Shown in pieces: positions 22,957-36,689 of a stretch of 54,191 nt of DNA. The position numbers and the translations under genes were made by a program. A model generated the notes under the pieces. The model did no database searches and was not told where the DNA came from. It saw only the letters and a list, made by a program, of their open reading frames with translations. Origin of the DNA: Octopus bimaculoides (lineage: Eukaryota); NCBI RefSeq assembly GCF_001194135.2, contig NC_069002.1, positions 17,159,359-17,213,549 on the forward strand. Direction: 5' to 3'. How positions within the stretch are numbered: the stretch's first letter is position 1; the number at the start of each line of letters is the position of its first letter.

Positions 22957-23134
22957 CTCTAGATTGCCAGACTTACAGTTCCAGGCTGGACAAGCTACTA
23001 CTGAAATGGCAAAAGTATATTGACAATATGGGTGCATACTTTGATGAATAAAACTATTCCTTGTATTTATAAAACATCAGCAAACTTTTTTCTTTTCTAC
23101 AAATTTCATACTTGACGACCTAATATATGTATGA

Positions 23135-23165
<31 letters not shown>

Positions 23166-23184
23166 CAGTGTTCCACAATCGCCA

Positions 23185-23490
23185 GTAAAAAGCAGAGGAA
23201 TTTTCTTTCTTGATGCTTCTGGTGGCACAGGTAAAATATTTGTAATATTGCTTCTCTCCAAGGTAAGGCAACAAAGAAGAATTGCAGTCGCTGTACCATT
23301 GTCTGGCTTTGCTGCCACCATTCTCCCAGAAAGACAAACAGCTCATTCTGCTTTTAAATTACCACTAAACCTGGTCACAAATGACAGTCCAATTTGTAAC
23401 ATAAGCAAAAGATCAGATTCACCGGAAGCGTTGTGCCAATGCCACCTTATTATTTGGGAAGAATCTGTAGCAATGACAAAAAAAAAATCT
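23185..23490 (+). pseudogene. Helitron PIF1-like helicase fragment
   Basis: FFLDASGGTGKIF (Walker A), AATILPERQTAHSAFKLPL, LIIWEE (decayed Walker B). Confidence 0.8.
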
Positions 23491-23799
23491 TAACTTAGGA
23501 TGGGCGATTTCTCTTGATTAGGATCATGGAGCAAGTTCAGATTATCACCCTTAAACTATAATCTCTTCCCAGCAATTTTAGAACAATTGATTTAGTCCAC
23601 TTGAGGGCGCTTGTTTCCACTACAGCAATAGAGCAGCAGTTACCTTTTTGGCCTGTAACTAGCATTTTTCATGATACGCCATGTTTGATCCATAACAGTT
23701 GCACTGTATTTTGTGTGTGTACACAATCAATACACTAAGTTACTTTGTTCAAAGATGTTTTCTGCATTTTAACAACACCAGTATTTTGTGTGTAAACAT

Positions 23800-24560
23800 C
23801 CCAACATAAAATAAAATTATCTATGAAACAAAATAAGCGTCTGAAATTCTTTGCTTCAGTACATGAGACCTTCAAGCAGATCATCAATGACAAGGCATAC
23901 AAGCCGGAACAGGTTTTCAATATGGACGAGACTAGCTTGTTCTGGAAGAAGATGCCTTCCAGAATGTACATCACGAAGGATGAAGCCAGAACCCCAGGTG
24001 TTCACTCTTTGGATTTGAATCATAAGGGAGTCCAAGTCTGCTAGCACCACCTCCCTCATCCAGCCTATGGATCAAGGTGTGATCTATGCCTTCAAGGCAC
24101 TTTGCACTCGGAACTTTCTCTAACACCTTGTGGATACAATGGATTCAGACAAGAATTTCAAGTTAAAGGAGTACTGGTGTAACTTCATGTTCGCAGCATG
24201 CCTATCAGTCATCCACACTGCTCTTAAAGGCATGAAAAAAGAAACCTGCATGCTGGAAGGTGTGTCCAGGACTATGAGGGCTTCTCATCTGAAGGCTGTC
24301 AACAATGCAGTGAAACTGGCAATGGTTCTTGGTGGTGAAAGTTTTGACGATATTACGCAAGATGAGGTCAACGACCTCATCGATGCCCACTCTCATCATA
24401 TAAGCAATGTCGTTCATTTGCAATCTTTCTTGGAAATGGAAGGATTCGTGACAGGAAGGGCATCCAGGTGTAGAAAATCTGCTGCAATGAATTGTGTCAG
24501 ACTCATACAAGCATGGAAAAAAATGAATGTTAAAATAATGATGATAAAATATAGGATTCA
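23800..24560 (+). pseudogene. pogo/Tigger (TIGD1-like) transposase remnant
   Basis: YKPEQVFNMDETSLFWKKMPSR and LIQPMDQGVIYAFK motifs; deletions and stops. Confidence 0.85.
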
Positions 24561-26329
24561 CTAAATTCCTCTAGAAAGGAGTAACAACTAAGATAGTTGT
24601 TTCTCTGTAAGAAAAGGTTGGGAGCAGCTAGTTTGATACAAGTCCAAAGAGATTTTCCTGCTACCCTGGAACATTTTGACAGTAAAATCAGAGCAAGATT
24701 ATAAACTNNNNNNNNNNNNNNNNNNNNNNNNNNNNNNNNNNNNNNNNNNNNNNNNNNNNNNNNNNNNNNNNNNNNNNNNNNNNNNNNNNNNNNNNNNNNN
24801 NNNNNNNNNNNNNNNNNNNNNNNNNNNNNNNNNNNNNNNNNNNNNNNNNNNNNNNNNNNNNNNNNNNNNNNNNNNNNNNNNNNNNNTGAACTTTAATTCA
24901 TTCCAACTGACTGAAAACATTTTTTTCTCATTCATCTTGTTCCAGGTAAAATATGAACTAAGTTTCTGGCAAACAAGTTTATCTTTTTAACCAGTAGAAA
25001 AATAAAATAAAAATAAACAAACACAAAAGCCAACATTCAGGACTTTAAATATTTGGTCAAATTTATTGCTTACGAAAGAGAAAAAAATTATGAAAATTTC
25101 AATCAGGTATTTTAATCTAAAATAATTAGCAAAGAAAATGTGAAAGTTTTTTTTTTTCTTTTAAAAAGAGTACAAAAATAATAAGTAGACCACGCATTCT
25201 TTTCTTTTTAAAAACTAGAAAACCATTGACAACATTCAACAAATAAAACCATTTATAAAGAGCATAGTTAATCCTCCCATGGCCTCCCCAGTTTGGAAAA
25301 TTTCAATCTTATTTTTGTTAAAAATATAAGGGGAAAAAAAACAAAGAAAACAAAAATAACATTTTTAAAGCTTCAATTTTATTTGTTTTAAGTAAAAAAA
25401 AACAACAAAAGACAAATATCAGACCTAATTTTAAACTATTATTTGAATCTGTTCTCTTATTTTTTTCTTTCTTTTCATGTTTAGTTTATCTAAAAAGTAC
25501 ATTTTTATGCTTGCATTTTAAAACAGACTTGAGCTCAAAAGATTCAAGGAGCACAGCAAAATATAAGGCTGGACTAGTTTATTTTAGTAAAGTCGACATG
25601 CTTAACCCTTTGAACTTGCAAGTACACTGTCTCTGACCCTGGTAGGAAACACAGGCAGCGACATATAATTGTGTGTTTATGACTGAAAAGTAACGTTTCT
25701 GCTAATTAGCAAGCTATAAACACCAAACCATGTGACCACCAGCTTTTTCTTCTAAGGGTATGGTCAAATGAAATCATCATCTACATAACATCCTCTTTTC
25801 CATGCTTACATGGGTCAGATGGAATTCATTGAAGTAGATTTTATATGACAGCGTGAATTTTCTGTTACCAACCTTCACCTGTCTCTAATAATTCCTCATT
25901 GCCAGATACATTTTTCACAGAAGACTGGAAATGAACAACATTGCTTGTATGACAGTGATGCCAGTCCACAACATCATGTGATGACTAGACAAAGGTACAA
26001 ACACATACACACACATATATATATTTATACAAAGGCCTTCTTTCGGTTTCTGTCTACCAAATCCACTTGCAAGGCATTGGTTGGCTTGAGGATATAGAAG
26101 ACATTTGTCCAAGGTGCCATGTAGTGGGACTGAACTTCAGACCACATGATCGGGAAGTAAGCTTCTTAGCTATATAGCCTTGCAGGTTCAAACAGTTAGC
26201 TTACAATGAACAAGAAATGGCTGATTAATAACTGCAGCAACCAAGTGTTTTGAGCACAGCAACACTGACAAATTGTCTTGAACACAAAATGATATTCCAT
26301 TTATTGGATGAAAATTTTCTTCTCAGAAA

Positions 26330-26365
<36 letters not shown>

Positions 26366-26679
26366 TTTAATTTTCTTTTTTGCATTCCCCATAATCCCAA
26401 AAGAAGAAGCAAAGTTAGTTCAGTGAAAATTTTTTACAATTCATTATATATAGAATGGCACACAATAAAGTATCCCAGGTTCTGTAGTACAGTGTCAATA
26501 CAGAAATAAACTTACATAAAAAAAGCACATTAAGCCTTTTATTTGCAAGTGTCATTTTGACTGCTTGTAACTGCTGAACAAAGATGGCACACTAGTTGAC
26601 TGTTTGTTACATTATTCTCACCACATTAGTTGATAGTAACATTGCACTGAGTGAATGAACATCTCTAGTCTTTTCTGTA

Positions 26680-27160
26680 AGATGATGTACTCAGCAGTGG
26701 AAAGAGTGGAGATTGTGAAAGTGTGAGAACAGGTTCTTTTAAGGAAATGTGTGAAATTTTTGTAAAGGCTTACAGGAAAAAGGAACGACACAAATGTTGG
26801 TTAAGAAGTGGTGTGCTACAGGATCAGTGCACAATGCCCCAAAACAAAGACACCCTACACTTTGAATGCTGAAAGTTATTCAAGACATTCAACAAAGGAT
26901 TACTCGAAGTCCAAAGAAGTTAATATGTAAATTAGTGCAACAGCCTCATATAAGCAGGAGATCATGTCAACAGGTGTAGGAAAGTCTAAAATTGAAGCCA
27001 TATCATTTCACAAGTGTGCAGCAATTAAAAGTGGGTGACAAGAGCAAACAAGTAAGTTACTGGGCATGGCTTTGAATAGCAGTTACAATCAGTTGGAAAA
27101 CCACAATGACATTTACAAAGGAAAGGCTGGGTGCTTTTCATGCGTGTAATATTTTTTTGT
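26680..27160 (+). pseudogene. Tc1/mariner-type transposase N-terminal HTH remnant
   Basis: MYSAVERVEIV..., TGSVHNAP, RITRSPKKLICKLVQQPHISRRSCQ in shifting frames. Confidence 0.5.
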
Positions 27161-27615
27161 ATTTACACTGTGTTAAAGAAACCAGGATACTTTTTCATGT
27201 GCCACCCTGTACTAGCTTTGCTCTCTCTATCATTCTCTTGTCAAGATAGCAGACGAATTTCAACTGTACACAAATCCCTTTACAGAAGAGAGACACAAAA
27301 TAACACCTAAATTAACTGCATGAATACCCTAACATGCACATCCTCACACACACAGAAACAGAAAATTCACAGCTCACAACTTGCGTGACAGTGGAACCTT
27401 AAGTTTTGTCTAGTGGTTTATTCAACCAGTTGAATAAGCTAGTTGCATAAATTGTTACACAACACTGGTTGAATAATAAATTTTATTTAACTTCTANNNN
27501 NNNNNNNNNNNNNNNNNNNNNNNNNNNNNNNNNNNNNNNNNNNNNNNNNNNNNNNNNNNNNNNNNNNNNNNNNNNNNNNNNNNNNNNNNNNNNNNNNNNN
27601 NNNNNNNNNNNNNNN

Positions 27616-27667
<52 letters not shown>

Positions 27668-27781
27668 TATTTTAGCCATCTGGTTTCACCAGTCCTCAGT
27701 CAAATCGTCCAACCCATGCTAGCATGGAAAGTGGACGTTAAATGACGATGATGATGATGATGATACATATTTTTATATATA

Positions 27782-27906
27782 CAGGGTGTCCACAAAGTCT
27801 GGGTACATGGGGATTAACACATACTTTAAGAAATTATTATTTCTTATATTTAATTGTTTGTTATGATTTTATTTACTCCATGTACACAGACCTTGTGGGC
27901 ACCCTC
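27782..27906. mobile_element. Tc1/mariner-type MITE
   Basis: TA-CAGGGTGTCCACAAAGTCTGGGTACATGG with an imperfect inverted copy CCATGTACACAGACCTTGTGGGCACCCT. Confidence 0.6.
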
Positions 27907-27916
27907 TGTGTGTGTG

Positions 27917-27959
<43 letters not shown>

Positions 27960-28169
27960 GCAAATAAAATATATGTAGTTTATTTAAATATATATATATA
28001 TAGTTTCTTTAAATAACAAATATCTATATATATATATATAATTTATTTAAATAACATATTTATATATATCTATAGTTTATTTAAAAAATAAATATATATA
28101 ATATATATATGAGAGGAAAATCCCCCCATCAGTAATCATTCTGTTGCTACCCCTTAAAAATAGGCTAAA

Positions 28170-28675
28170 ACTTAGAATGTGTGGTCACCACACAGTGTTA
28201 AGCTAACAACGGAGCTTAAAGCAATCTAGCATCACTACATTAAAAAGATTGCTACAGTCCAACAGATGAACTACAAGGAGAGGCTGAAAAAACTATGACT
28301 CTACTCCCTAGAGTGCGGACATGAGAGATATGTAATAATTTACATGTGGAAAACACTGGAAGGGCTAGTACCAATTTTGGCCTCAAGTGTTATATGAATC
28401 CTTGTACAGGGTGCCACTGCATAGTACTGATGGTACCGTCCAAAGCATTTAACATAAGAACCAGGTACTGCAATAGCCTAGGGTTCAGAGGACCACAGCT
28501 CTTCAATGTTCTGCCAAAACAATTGAGAAGCATACACAATATAGAGGTGGAACTCTTCAAAAAGAAACAGGACACTCTCCTATCCAAAATAACAGACAAA
28601 CCAATGGCTCGACATGATGCACAGTTGAGGGCAGCAGTGTCACATTCCATCATACACCAGATGGGCCATCGATAA
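28170..28675 (+). pseudogene. 3' end fragment of a CR1/L2-like LINE ORF2
   Basis: YKERLKKL.LYSLE...ERYVIIY, GPQLFNVLP, FKKKQD..L..ITDKP. Confidence 0.65.
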
Positions 28676-28704
28676 TATATATATATATATACATACATAT
28701 ATAT

Positions 28705-28765
<61 letters not shown>

Positions 28766-29901
28766 NNNNNNNNNNNNNNNNNNNNNNNNNNNNNNNNNNN
28801 NNNNNNNNNNNNNNNNNNNNNNNNNNNNNNNNNNNNNNNNNNNNNNNNNNNNNNNNNNNNNNNNNNNNNNNNNNNNNNNNNNNNNNNNNNNNNNNNNNNN
28901 NNNNNNNNNNNNNNNNNNNNNNNNNNNNNNNNNNNNNNNNNNNNNNNNNNNNNNNNNNNNNNNNNNNNNNNNNNNNNNNNNNNNNNNNNNNNNNNNNNNN
29001 NNNNNNNNNNNNNNNNNNNNNNNNNNNNNNNNNNNNNNNNNNNNNNNNNNNNNNNNNNNNNNNNNNNNNNNNNNNNNNNNNNNNNNNNNNNNNNNNNNNN
29101 NNNNNNNNNNNNNNNNNNNNNNNNNNNNNNNNNNNNNNNNNNNNNNNNNNNNNNNNNNNNNNNNNNNNNNNNNNNNNNNNNNNNNNNNNNNNNNNNNNNN
29201 NNNNNNNNNNNNNNNNNNNNNNNNNNNNNNNNNNNNNNNNNNNNNNNNNNNNNNNNNNNNNNNNNNNNNNNNNNNNNNNNNNNNNNNNNNNNNNNNNNNN
29301 NNNNNNNNNNNNNNNNNNNNNNNNNNNNNNNNNNNNNNNNNNNNNNNNNNNNNNNNNNNNNNNNNNNNNNNNNNNNNNNNNNNNNNNNNNNNNNNNNNNN
29401 NNNNNNNNNNNNNNNNNNNNNNNNNNNNNNNNNNNNNNNNNNNNNNNNNNNNNNNNNNNNNNNNNNNNNNNNNNNNNNNNNNNNNNNNNNNNNNNNNNNN
29501 NNNNNNNNNNNNNNNNNNNNNNNNNNNNNNNNNNNNNNNNNNNNNNNNNNNNNNNNNNNATATATATATAGTTTTAGGGAAAAGAACCAAGTTTCAAGAA
29601 CCCATCAATGAAAATCCACTATCACATATAGAAAAATTAACAATTAAAAGCACAATAAATGAGTATAATATAAAACAAAGTAAATATCATAAGATAAAGA
29701 TAATAAAATGACTACACGTGTTTCATAACTAATTTTGTTCTTTTCCTTAAAACTATATATTTTTATATATATTTTAATCTATAAAGCTCAATTTAATTTT
29801 AATTTTTTATAAATGACTTTAATTGAGTTTTTACCTGTAATTTTGGATTTTGTCCCTAATATTATTATATATATATATATATATACACATACATATATAC
29901 T

Positions 29902-29907
29902 TTTATT
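29902..29907 (-). terminator. Candidate polyadenylation signal of ACBD6
   Basis: AATAAA on the minus strand about 320 nt past the stop; positional evidence only, in AT-rich DNA. Confidence 0.3.
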
Positions 29908-30229
29908 AAAGATGTGAAATCCTTACAAAAACTGTTACTCAGGGATTTGCGTTCCTGTCCGTCACATTATCACAAGGCACATGATGTTTAACATTGCCCT
30001 TGTTTAAAAGTAAATGCTGCCTGTGTTCAATATCCAACAACACCAATTAACAACAAACAAAAGTGCCCCTGCATCTCTCTTGTTTCAAGTTTCATGTTCA
30101 CCTCTTCCTTGCTCCCTTTCTCCATTCCTACCAGTTTTCCTTTTCTTCCTTTCTCTCTCTCTCACACACTCTGTCTCTCTCTCTTGCATTCTCACTCTCT
30201 CATGCACTCTCTTCTTTCTTCCTCCAGAT

Positions 30230-30375
30230 TCAGCTCCCTTTTGAAGACAACAAAGTCAGAATGAGTTTGTTATCTGTTGCATCAGCTGGTGTTTCCCCTT
30301 CATTACATTTCATGGATGGGTCAGCATGGTTTTCAAGGAGTTTCTGAACAATCGATTCATATTCACAAGAAGCAG
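30230..30375 (-). CDS. ACBD6: ACBD6 coding exon 7 (terminal, stop TGA)
   Basis: Pyrimidine tract + TAAAG acceptor; phase-1 entry gives (A)ASCEYESIVQKLLENHADPSMKCNEGETPADATDNKLILTLLSSKGS*. The seven exons total 768 nt = 255 aa + stop. Confidence 0.9.
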
Positions 30376-31869
30376 CTTTACAAAGAACAAAAAAGAAAGA
30401 GAAGAAAAAAGAAACTATTAATAATAATCAAACAAGCAATGATTTGCAGTGACAAGTTTTACAATTCTGTAAATAATTAGGCTTTTTTTTTTTATAAGCT
30501 TAAAGTTATTAGAGATTACTGTCATCATCATCATCATCATCGTTTAACGTCCGCTTTCCATGCTGGCATGTGTTGGACGGTTTGACTGAGGACTGGTGAA
30601 CCGGATAGCTGCACCAGGCTCCAATCTGATTTGGCAGAGTTTCTACAGCTGGATGCCCTTCCTAACGCCAACCACTCTGAGAGTGTAGTGGGTGCTTTTA
30701 CGTGCCACCGGCACGAGGGCCAGTGAGGCAGTTCTGGCAACGACTACACTCAAAAGGTGTTTTTTATGTGCTACCTNNNNNNNNNNNNNNNNNNNNNNNN
30801 NNNNNNNNNNNNNNNNNNNNNNNNNNNNNNNNNNNNNNNNNNNNNNNNNNNNNNNNNNNNNNNNNNNNNNNNNNNNNNNNNNNNNNNNNNNNNNNNNNNN
30901 NNNNNNNNNNNNNNNNNNNNNNNNNNNNNNNNNNNNNNNNNNNNNNNNNNNNNNNNNNNNNNNNNNNNNNNNNNNNNNNNNNNNNNNNNNNNNNNNNNNN
31001 NNNNNNNNNNNNNNNNNNNNNNNNNNNNNNNNNNNNNNNNNNNNNNNNNNNNNNNNNNNNNNNNNNNNNNNNNNNNNNNNNNNNNNNNNNNNNNNNNNNN
31101 NNNNNNNNNNNNNNNNNNNNNNNNNNNNNNNNNNNNNNNNNNNNNNNNNNNNNNNNNNNNNNNNNNNNNNNNNNNNNNNNNNNNNNNNNNNNNNNNNNNN
31201 NNNNNNNNNNNNNNNNNNNNNNNNNNNNNNNNNNNNNNNNNNNNNNNNNNNNNNNNNNNNNNNNNNNNNNNNNNNNNNNNNNNNNNNNNNNNNNNNNNNN
31301 NNNNNNNNNNNNNNNNNNNNNNNNNNNNNNNNNNNNNNNNNNNNNNNNNNNNNNNNNNNNNNNNNNNNNNNNNNNNNNNNNNNNNNNNNNNNNNNNNNNN
31401 NNNNNNNNNNNNNNNNNNNNNNNNNNNNNNNNNNNNNNNNNNNNNNNNNNNNNNNNNNNNNNNNNNNNNNNNNNNNNNNNNNNNNNNNNNNNNNNNNNNN
31501 NNNNNNNNNNNNNNNNNNNNNNNNNNNNNNNNNNNNNNNNNNNNNNNNNNNNNNNNNNNNNNNNNNNNNNNNNNNNNNNNNNNNNNNNNNNNNNNNNNNN
31601 NNNNNNNNNNNNNNNNNNNNNNNNNNNNNNNNNNNNNNNNNNNNNNNNNNNNNNNNNNNNNNNNNNNNNNNGATTAACAAAACTACAGTTAATACTTATA
31701 GTAATCAAGGGAGTGAGCTGGCACAATGGTTAGCATGCTGAGCAAAATGCTTAGCAGCAATCCGTCTGTCTTTATGTTCTGGGTTTAAATTCCACTGAAG
31801 TTGACTTTGCCTTTCATCCCTTTCTGAGTCAATAGAATAAGTACCAGTTGAGCACTGGGATTGATTTAA

Positions 31870-32085
31870 CCCTTTAGCATTTAAACCAGCCATATCCAGC
31901 CTGAGTATTTTACCTGTTTTAAGTTCAGATTAGCCAGATCTGGCCTCTCACACCTACCCAACAATGTCATTCTAAACATAAACAATCACATCATTTGAAA
32001 TCGAAGCTAAAGATATACATGAATTAATTCAAAACAATGTGGAAATAAGCATTACATTTAACAGAGTAATCTGAATGCTGAAGGG
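31870..32085. mobile_element. TTAA-flanked piggyBac-type MITE, intact
   Basis: TTAA|CCCTTTAGCATT ... AATGCTGAAGGG|TTAA. Confidence 0.8.
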
Positions 32086-33579
32086 TTAATCAACTCACCT
32101 CTACCCTGACATTGCTGGCCTTGTGCTAAAATTTGAAACCAATATTAATTAGTATTCCTTTCTACTGTAGGCACAAAACCTAAAATTTGGGTGGAGAAGG
32201 AGCTGTCTATTAGATCAACCCCAAAGAGATGAAAGGCCAAGTCAGCCTCAGTGGAATTTGAATTGTACAGACAGATGAAATGCCATGAAGCATTTAGTCT
32301 GGTATGCTAACAACTCTGCCAGCTCACCACCTTAATAATAATAATAATAATGACGAAAGGTAAATCTTGGAGGAATTTAGAATCAAAATGTAAAGAGATA
32401 TAACAAAGCAGCAGGGCATTTCGTCAATCACTCCAATTTGATCTCAGAATGCTGGACCTCAAAAGAAGAAGAGTCACTGTCTGCTAGAAAAGTCCCTTCC
32501 AACTCACGCATACATGGAGAAACAGATATAAAAATTATGACAATGATGAATTTAAACAATGATTTGTGATTTTGACACAAGTCCACCAATTCATAGGGAA
32601 GGAGTTTTGTTGATATAATCAAATGTAACATATTAATGGTATCTATTTATCAGACCCCAGAGAGATGAAAAAAAAATTTACTGTAACAAGATTTGAACTT
32701 AGACCATAAAAGAACAATGAAATATTACACAATCTTTACTACTGACCACACTTCCAACTGTGATCCATTCACTACATTCATCTGTCATTCCCCTCTCGCC
32801 TACCCTTCCTGATTCTCTGTCCATATTTTCTCTTAAACTCACTTTCTTGTATCTTGAGAGTATGCTCTAACACCTCATTGCTACCATCATTGTCTTCTTT
32901 CCAGTTACTCCCACTCACTTTTATATTAATGCAGGGTAGCCATAAGACACCTGTGCCTGTGCTATCCCTATCATAGCTTCTCAACACTTAACATTAAGCT
33001 ACCTCCTTCTCTGCTACAACCCATCATAGTTGAAAGTCTTTTCTTTGTCTTGTGATTTACTTGACAACCTCAGTAGTGCCATAATCACACACACAAACAA
33101 ATGAAAATGGTACACACAGTAAAGGCATCCAGCCCTAGAAACCATGCCAAAACAGACATTGGAGCTTGATGAAGTCCTCTGGCATTTTGGATCCTATCAA
33201 ACCATCCAATCCACATCTTTGGAGGATGGACAGAAAATGATGAGTATGATGATTTAATTTTACCCTAATATTTCATTCATTCACCACTGTTAATTAATAT
33301 GAGCAACAGGTATTTTATATTGGGACAAGGCCTTAAAGTTTGAAAGGGAGTAAGTGTAACTAAATCATCAGCCCTCAAGTAATACAGGTATTTTATCAAC
33401 TCAGGAGGAATATAAGATAAATCTGACACTGACAGGCTATTACGTCACAATGTAAAGAAATATAACTAAATTGTCAATGCCATTTTGTCTATCACTTGAC
33501 TGATTCAATTATCTGTTGCTCTAAATTTGAACAATTACATAAAAATTCTGGAAAATGATAAACATGAAGCAACACATAC

Positions 33580-33610
33580 CATAATGCAGTGGTGTTTGGC
33601 CATCTGTTGC
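33580..33610 (-). CDS. ACBD6: ACBD6 coding exon 6 (31-nt micro-exon)
   Basis: Long pyrimidine tract + GTCAG acceptor; ATDGQTPLHY + G; donor G|GTATGT, phase 1. Ankyrin GQTPLH motif. Confidence 0.9.
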
Positions 33611-35365
33611 CTGACAAGAAAGGAAATACAGAAAAGAAAATCAATTATATATATGGAATAAAGAAATACTGAAATGTTAAGGAAAATCTAAGAATTAGAT
33701 ATTTTTGCAAACTGAACAAATCAAAAAAATATATTTACAGTATTGTTTGAATAATCTCCCTTCTTTCTCGTGACAGGCCTCTGGTTTCAGTGAAAATGAA
33801 ATTCCAAAATGAGTGACATGTTTACTTCTGAAGATGCAGAAATTAACCCTAAGTAAGCTCCTAAAGTATTTATTTACAAAAAAAATTAAAAAATCTATTG
33901 GTCACTTTCACCTTTTTTGAGGGTAGGGAAAACATTTGATATGAAAAATAAAAATTTTCTTACAGGCACACATTTATATAGGTCCAAGCATGGTTGTGTG
34001 GTTAAGAAGTTTGCTTTACAACTATATGATTTTAGGTTCAATCTCAGTGCATGGCATATTAGGCATCTTTTACTATAGCTTCAGGCCAACAAATGCCTTG
34101 TGAGAAAAACTAGCAGGTAGAATCTGTACAAAACATGGGGGTATGTGTGTGTGCATATCTGTGTGAATGTTTATGTTCTGTGATTGCATGTAAAAATCAC
34201 TAAGCTGTGGATGGTGGTATCTATCAGTAAGTCGTCTGGTAGTTCTGCACTTTCAGAGGTGAACAGAATAAAAATTCTTGTATTTGAAAAATAGTTATGG
34301 GTTAGCGGCAGGGAGGGCATCCAACTGTAAAACAATGCCTCGATGATCTGCATCATCAAACCCGTGCAAACAAGAGAAAAAGAACAACAAATGAATGAAT
34401 ATATGTGTGTGTATGTATAAATATATGTATACACACATACAATATATATATAAATATATGTATGTGTGTGTATATATAGGCAAATTTGTTGTTGAAAATG
34501 CACCTAAATTTGGAAAACTTGTAATTATTTAAAGTACATTTATTTACATGTTCCATAGGAATTTTCACTTGTAACAATGTTTTGGAATCAGGTGTATTTA
34601 TAATTTTTTCCGTGAGCGGATCTGATTTTTGATTCATTAATCTGTGAGCGAATCTGATTTTTGATTCCAGTCCAGCGATGATAAATTCTTGATTATTGAA
34701 ATTTTTCAGGATTTAGAGATAAAAACAAAAAAAAAAAATGAAATCCAATAGCAATTGTTAGCAAGTCACGAGAGGGAAGGGAGATAATTTTAAGATAATG
34801 AGAATAAATTATTGGCTTAAAATTCTGACTCAAGGGCCAAACTGAGAATAAATTATTAACCTATGAAAAAAAGACAATTTGATTTTTGTTTTTTGGCAAG
34901 GGACAAATATTTACATTTTCCATTATATGAGGGTTAGTGACATGTACTGGTACAGTCAGATCCTCCATCACCCGCCAGATCATCCTACCAGGGTTTTACT
35001 CTTGTTCAACGCAACTGGTGTGGGGCTAGAAGAGGCCTTGTGGCAGGCCCCGCACCAGATAGCTGGATGTGATTAAGGAAGATCTCTAGAGGCTTAACAT
35101 CACCTTGGAGGATGCAGAGGAGCTGGCATGGGACTGTCAGCAGTAGAAAGCACTGGAGGACCGACTTTGCTTTAAGCATGATTATGTTTCTGGGATGACC
35201 CCCAGTCCCACCAAGCAAGAGCATGAAGCAAGCAAAGAGCAAGGGAGACAAGGGCACACATGTTCCAGTGTTACTCAGCAAAGCAAAAGAATGAAACATA
35301 TCCATACTTGCCTTCCTGATAATTTTTTGTTTTCTAAATAGCATACTTAAAAATATACTGACACC

Positions 35366-35679
35366 CTCCGTTAGTTACAACGATGAGGGTTCAGTTGATC
35401 CAATCAATGGAACAGCTTGCTTGTGAAATTACTGTGCATGTAGTAGAGCACTCCACAAACATGTGTACCTTTAACATAGTTCTCAGGGAGGTTTAGCATG
35501 ACACAGTGTGACAAGGCTGGCCTTTTGAAATACAGGTACTACTTATTTTTGACAGCTGAATAGACTGTAGCAACATGAAATAAGTGTCTTGCTCAAGGAC
35601 ACAACATGTCACTGGGAATTGAACTCACAATCGTAAGATTGTGAGCTGAATACCCTAACCACTAAGCCATGTGCCTTAA
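35366..35679 (-). mobile_element. tRNA-derived SINE family A variant (older)
   Basis: Reverse-complement homologue of 633-939. Confidence 0.7.
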
Positions 35680-35793
35680 AAATATAAAGCATATACAAAA
35701 TATGTATTAAGAATATAGAACTCAAAAATCTTAAAATCTTCAGGTATTGCAAAGTGGATAAAACCTCGACAACATATTTTCCAAACTACCCAC

Positions 35794-35883
35794 CTTAACA
35801 TTGACATCACAGTTCCATTTCAACAAAACATCAACAATATCTTCATAACCACGGTCACAGGCCCAGTGAAGCAATGTCATACC
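35794..35883 (-). CDS. ACBD6: ACBD6 coding exon 5 (ankyrin repeat)
   Basis: TTGCAG acceptor; 90 nt GMTLLHWACDRGYEDIVDVLLKWNCDVNVK (LLHWACDRG typical of ACBD6); donor AAG|GTGGGT. Confidence 0.93.
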
Positions 35884-36109
35884 CTGCAATTAAGATAAGC
35901 ACAGAAGAAATTAAGATATGTCATAGGGAATATTACACATAAGACTTTTGAAAAAGATTTTTGTGTTATATAACATCACAATCCTCACAAATGATTTGGT
36001 CACCATATAATCTCACTTCCTACAATCTACCCTACCCTAATGAGTTTCTGAAGGGTTTTAAACACACACATAAAGGGTGGGCCAAAAGCTACAAAGGGGT
36101 TTCAAAATG

Positions 36110-36157
<48 letters not shown>

Positions 36158-36689
36158 AACATGTGCAGTGAGTGAGGCTCCAACTTATTCTTGATTAAAA
36201 TTTCAGGGCCTATCCTTTATATACATATATACCATTATATATATATATATATACATACACACACATAAATGTCTCTTGAGTCCCAGAATCTTCGGGGAAG
36301 GGGGGAGAAAATGAGAGATTCAACAGGACGGATCCAACAGGACGGATCCAACAGTAACAACAAGGAATGATTTACAGACACAGAGGCAGCTCCAATCACC
36401 CTTAGCTGGAGAGATAGTGGGAGTGAAATGTCTCTCTGGAAAGATCTGCAAGAATGCAAAAGGGCTCAAGATACACTGAGCCAGGTCAGACTGGGGGAAG
36501 GAAGAGCCACAGTTGCAGTGCTCAGTGGTCTCACCTGTTGAGACATCAGTAGTTGGGGAGGTATTGGAAGTAGAGCTGCAAGCATGAGAAAGGGCTCAAG
36601 ATACACCAAGCCTGGTGAGACACAGAAGTCCAGGCAGGAAGCACCCCACAGGACTAGAAGTCTTTCAGTACCTGTGTCACTTCAAGTCT

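Noticed and set aside
20628-22964. 8-bp TSD or domesticated ZBED gene for the hAT element
   Set aside because: The flanks ACCCTTAT and CTCTAGAT do not match, and the ORF has multiple stops and frameshifts.
23131-23493. Host PIF1 helicase gene
   Set aside because: An isolated, intronless, degenerate fragment among transposons; it fits a Helitron remnant.
28640-31741. Long ORFs of 180-420 aa in the track (also near 8420, 14194, 44784)
   Set aside because: They are runs of N translated as X.
34610-34670. Short direct repeats (also 36341-36375) as a CRISPR-like array
   Set aside because: Only two adjacent units with no spacers: local slippage duplications.
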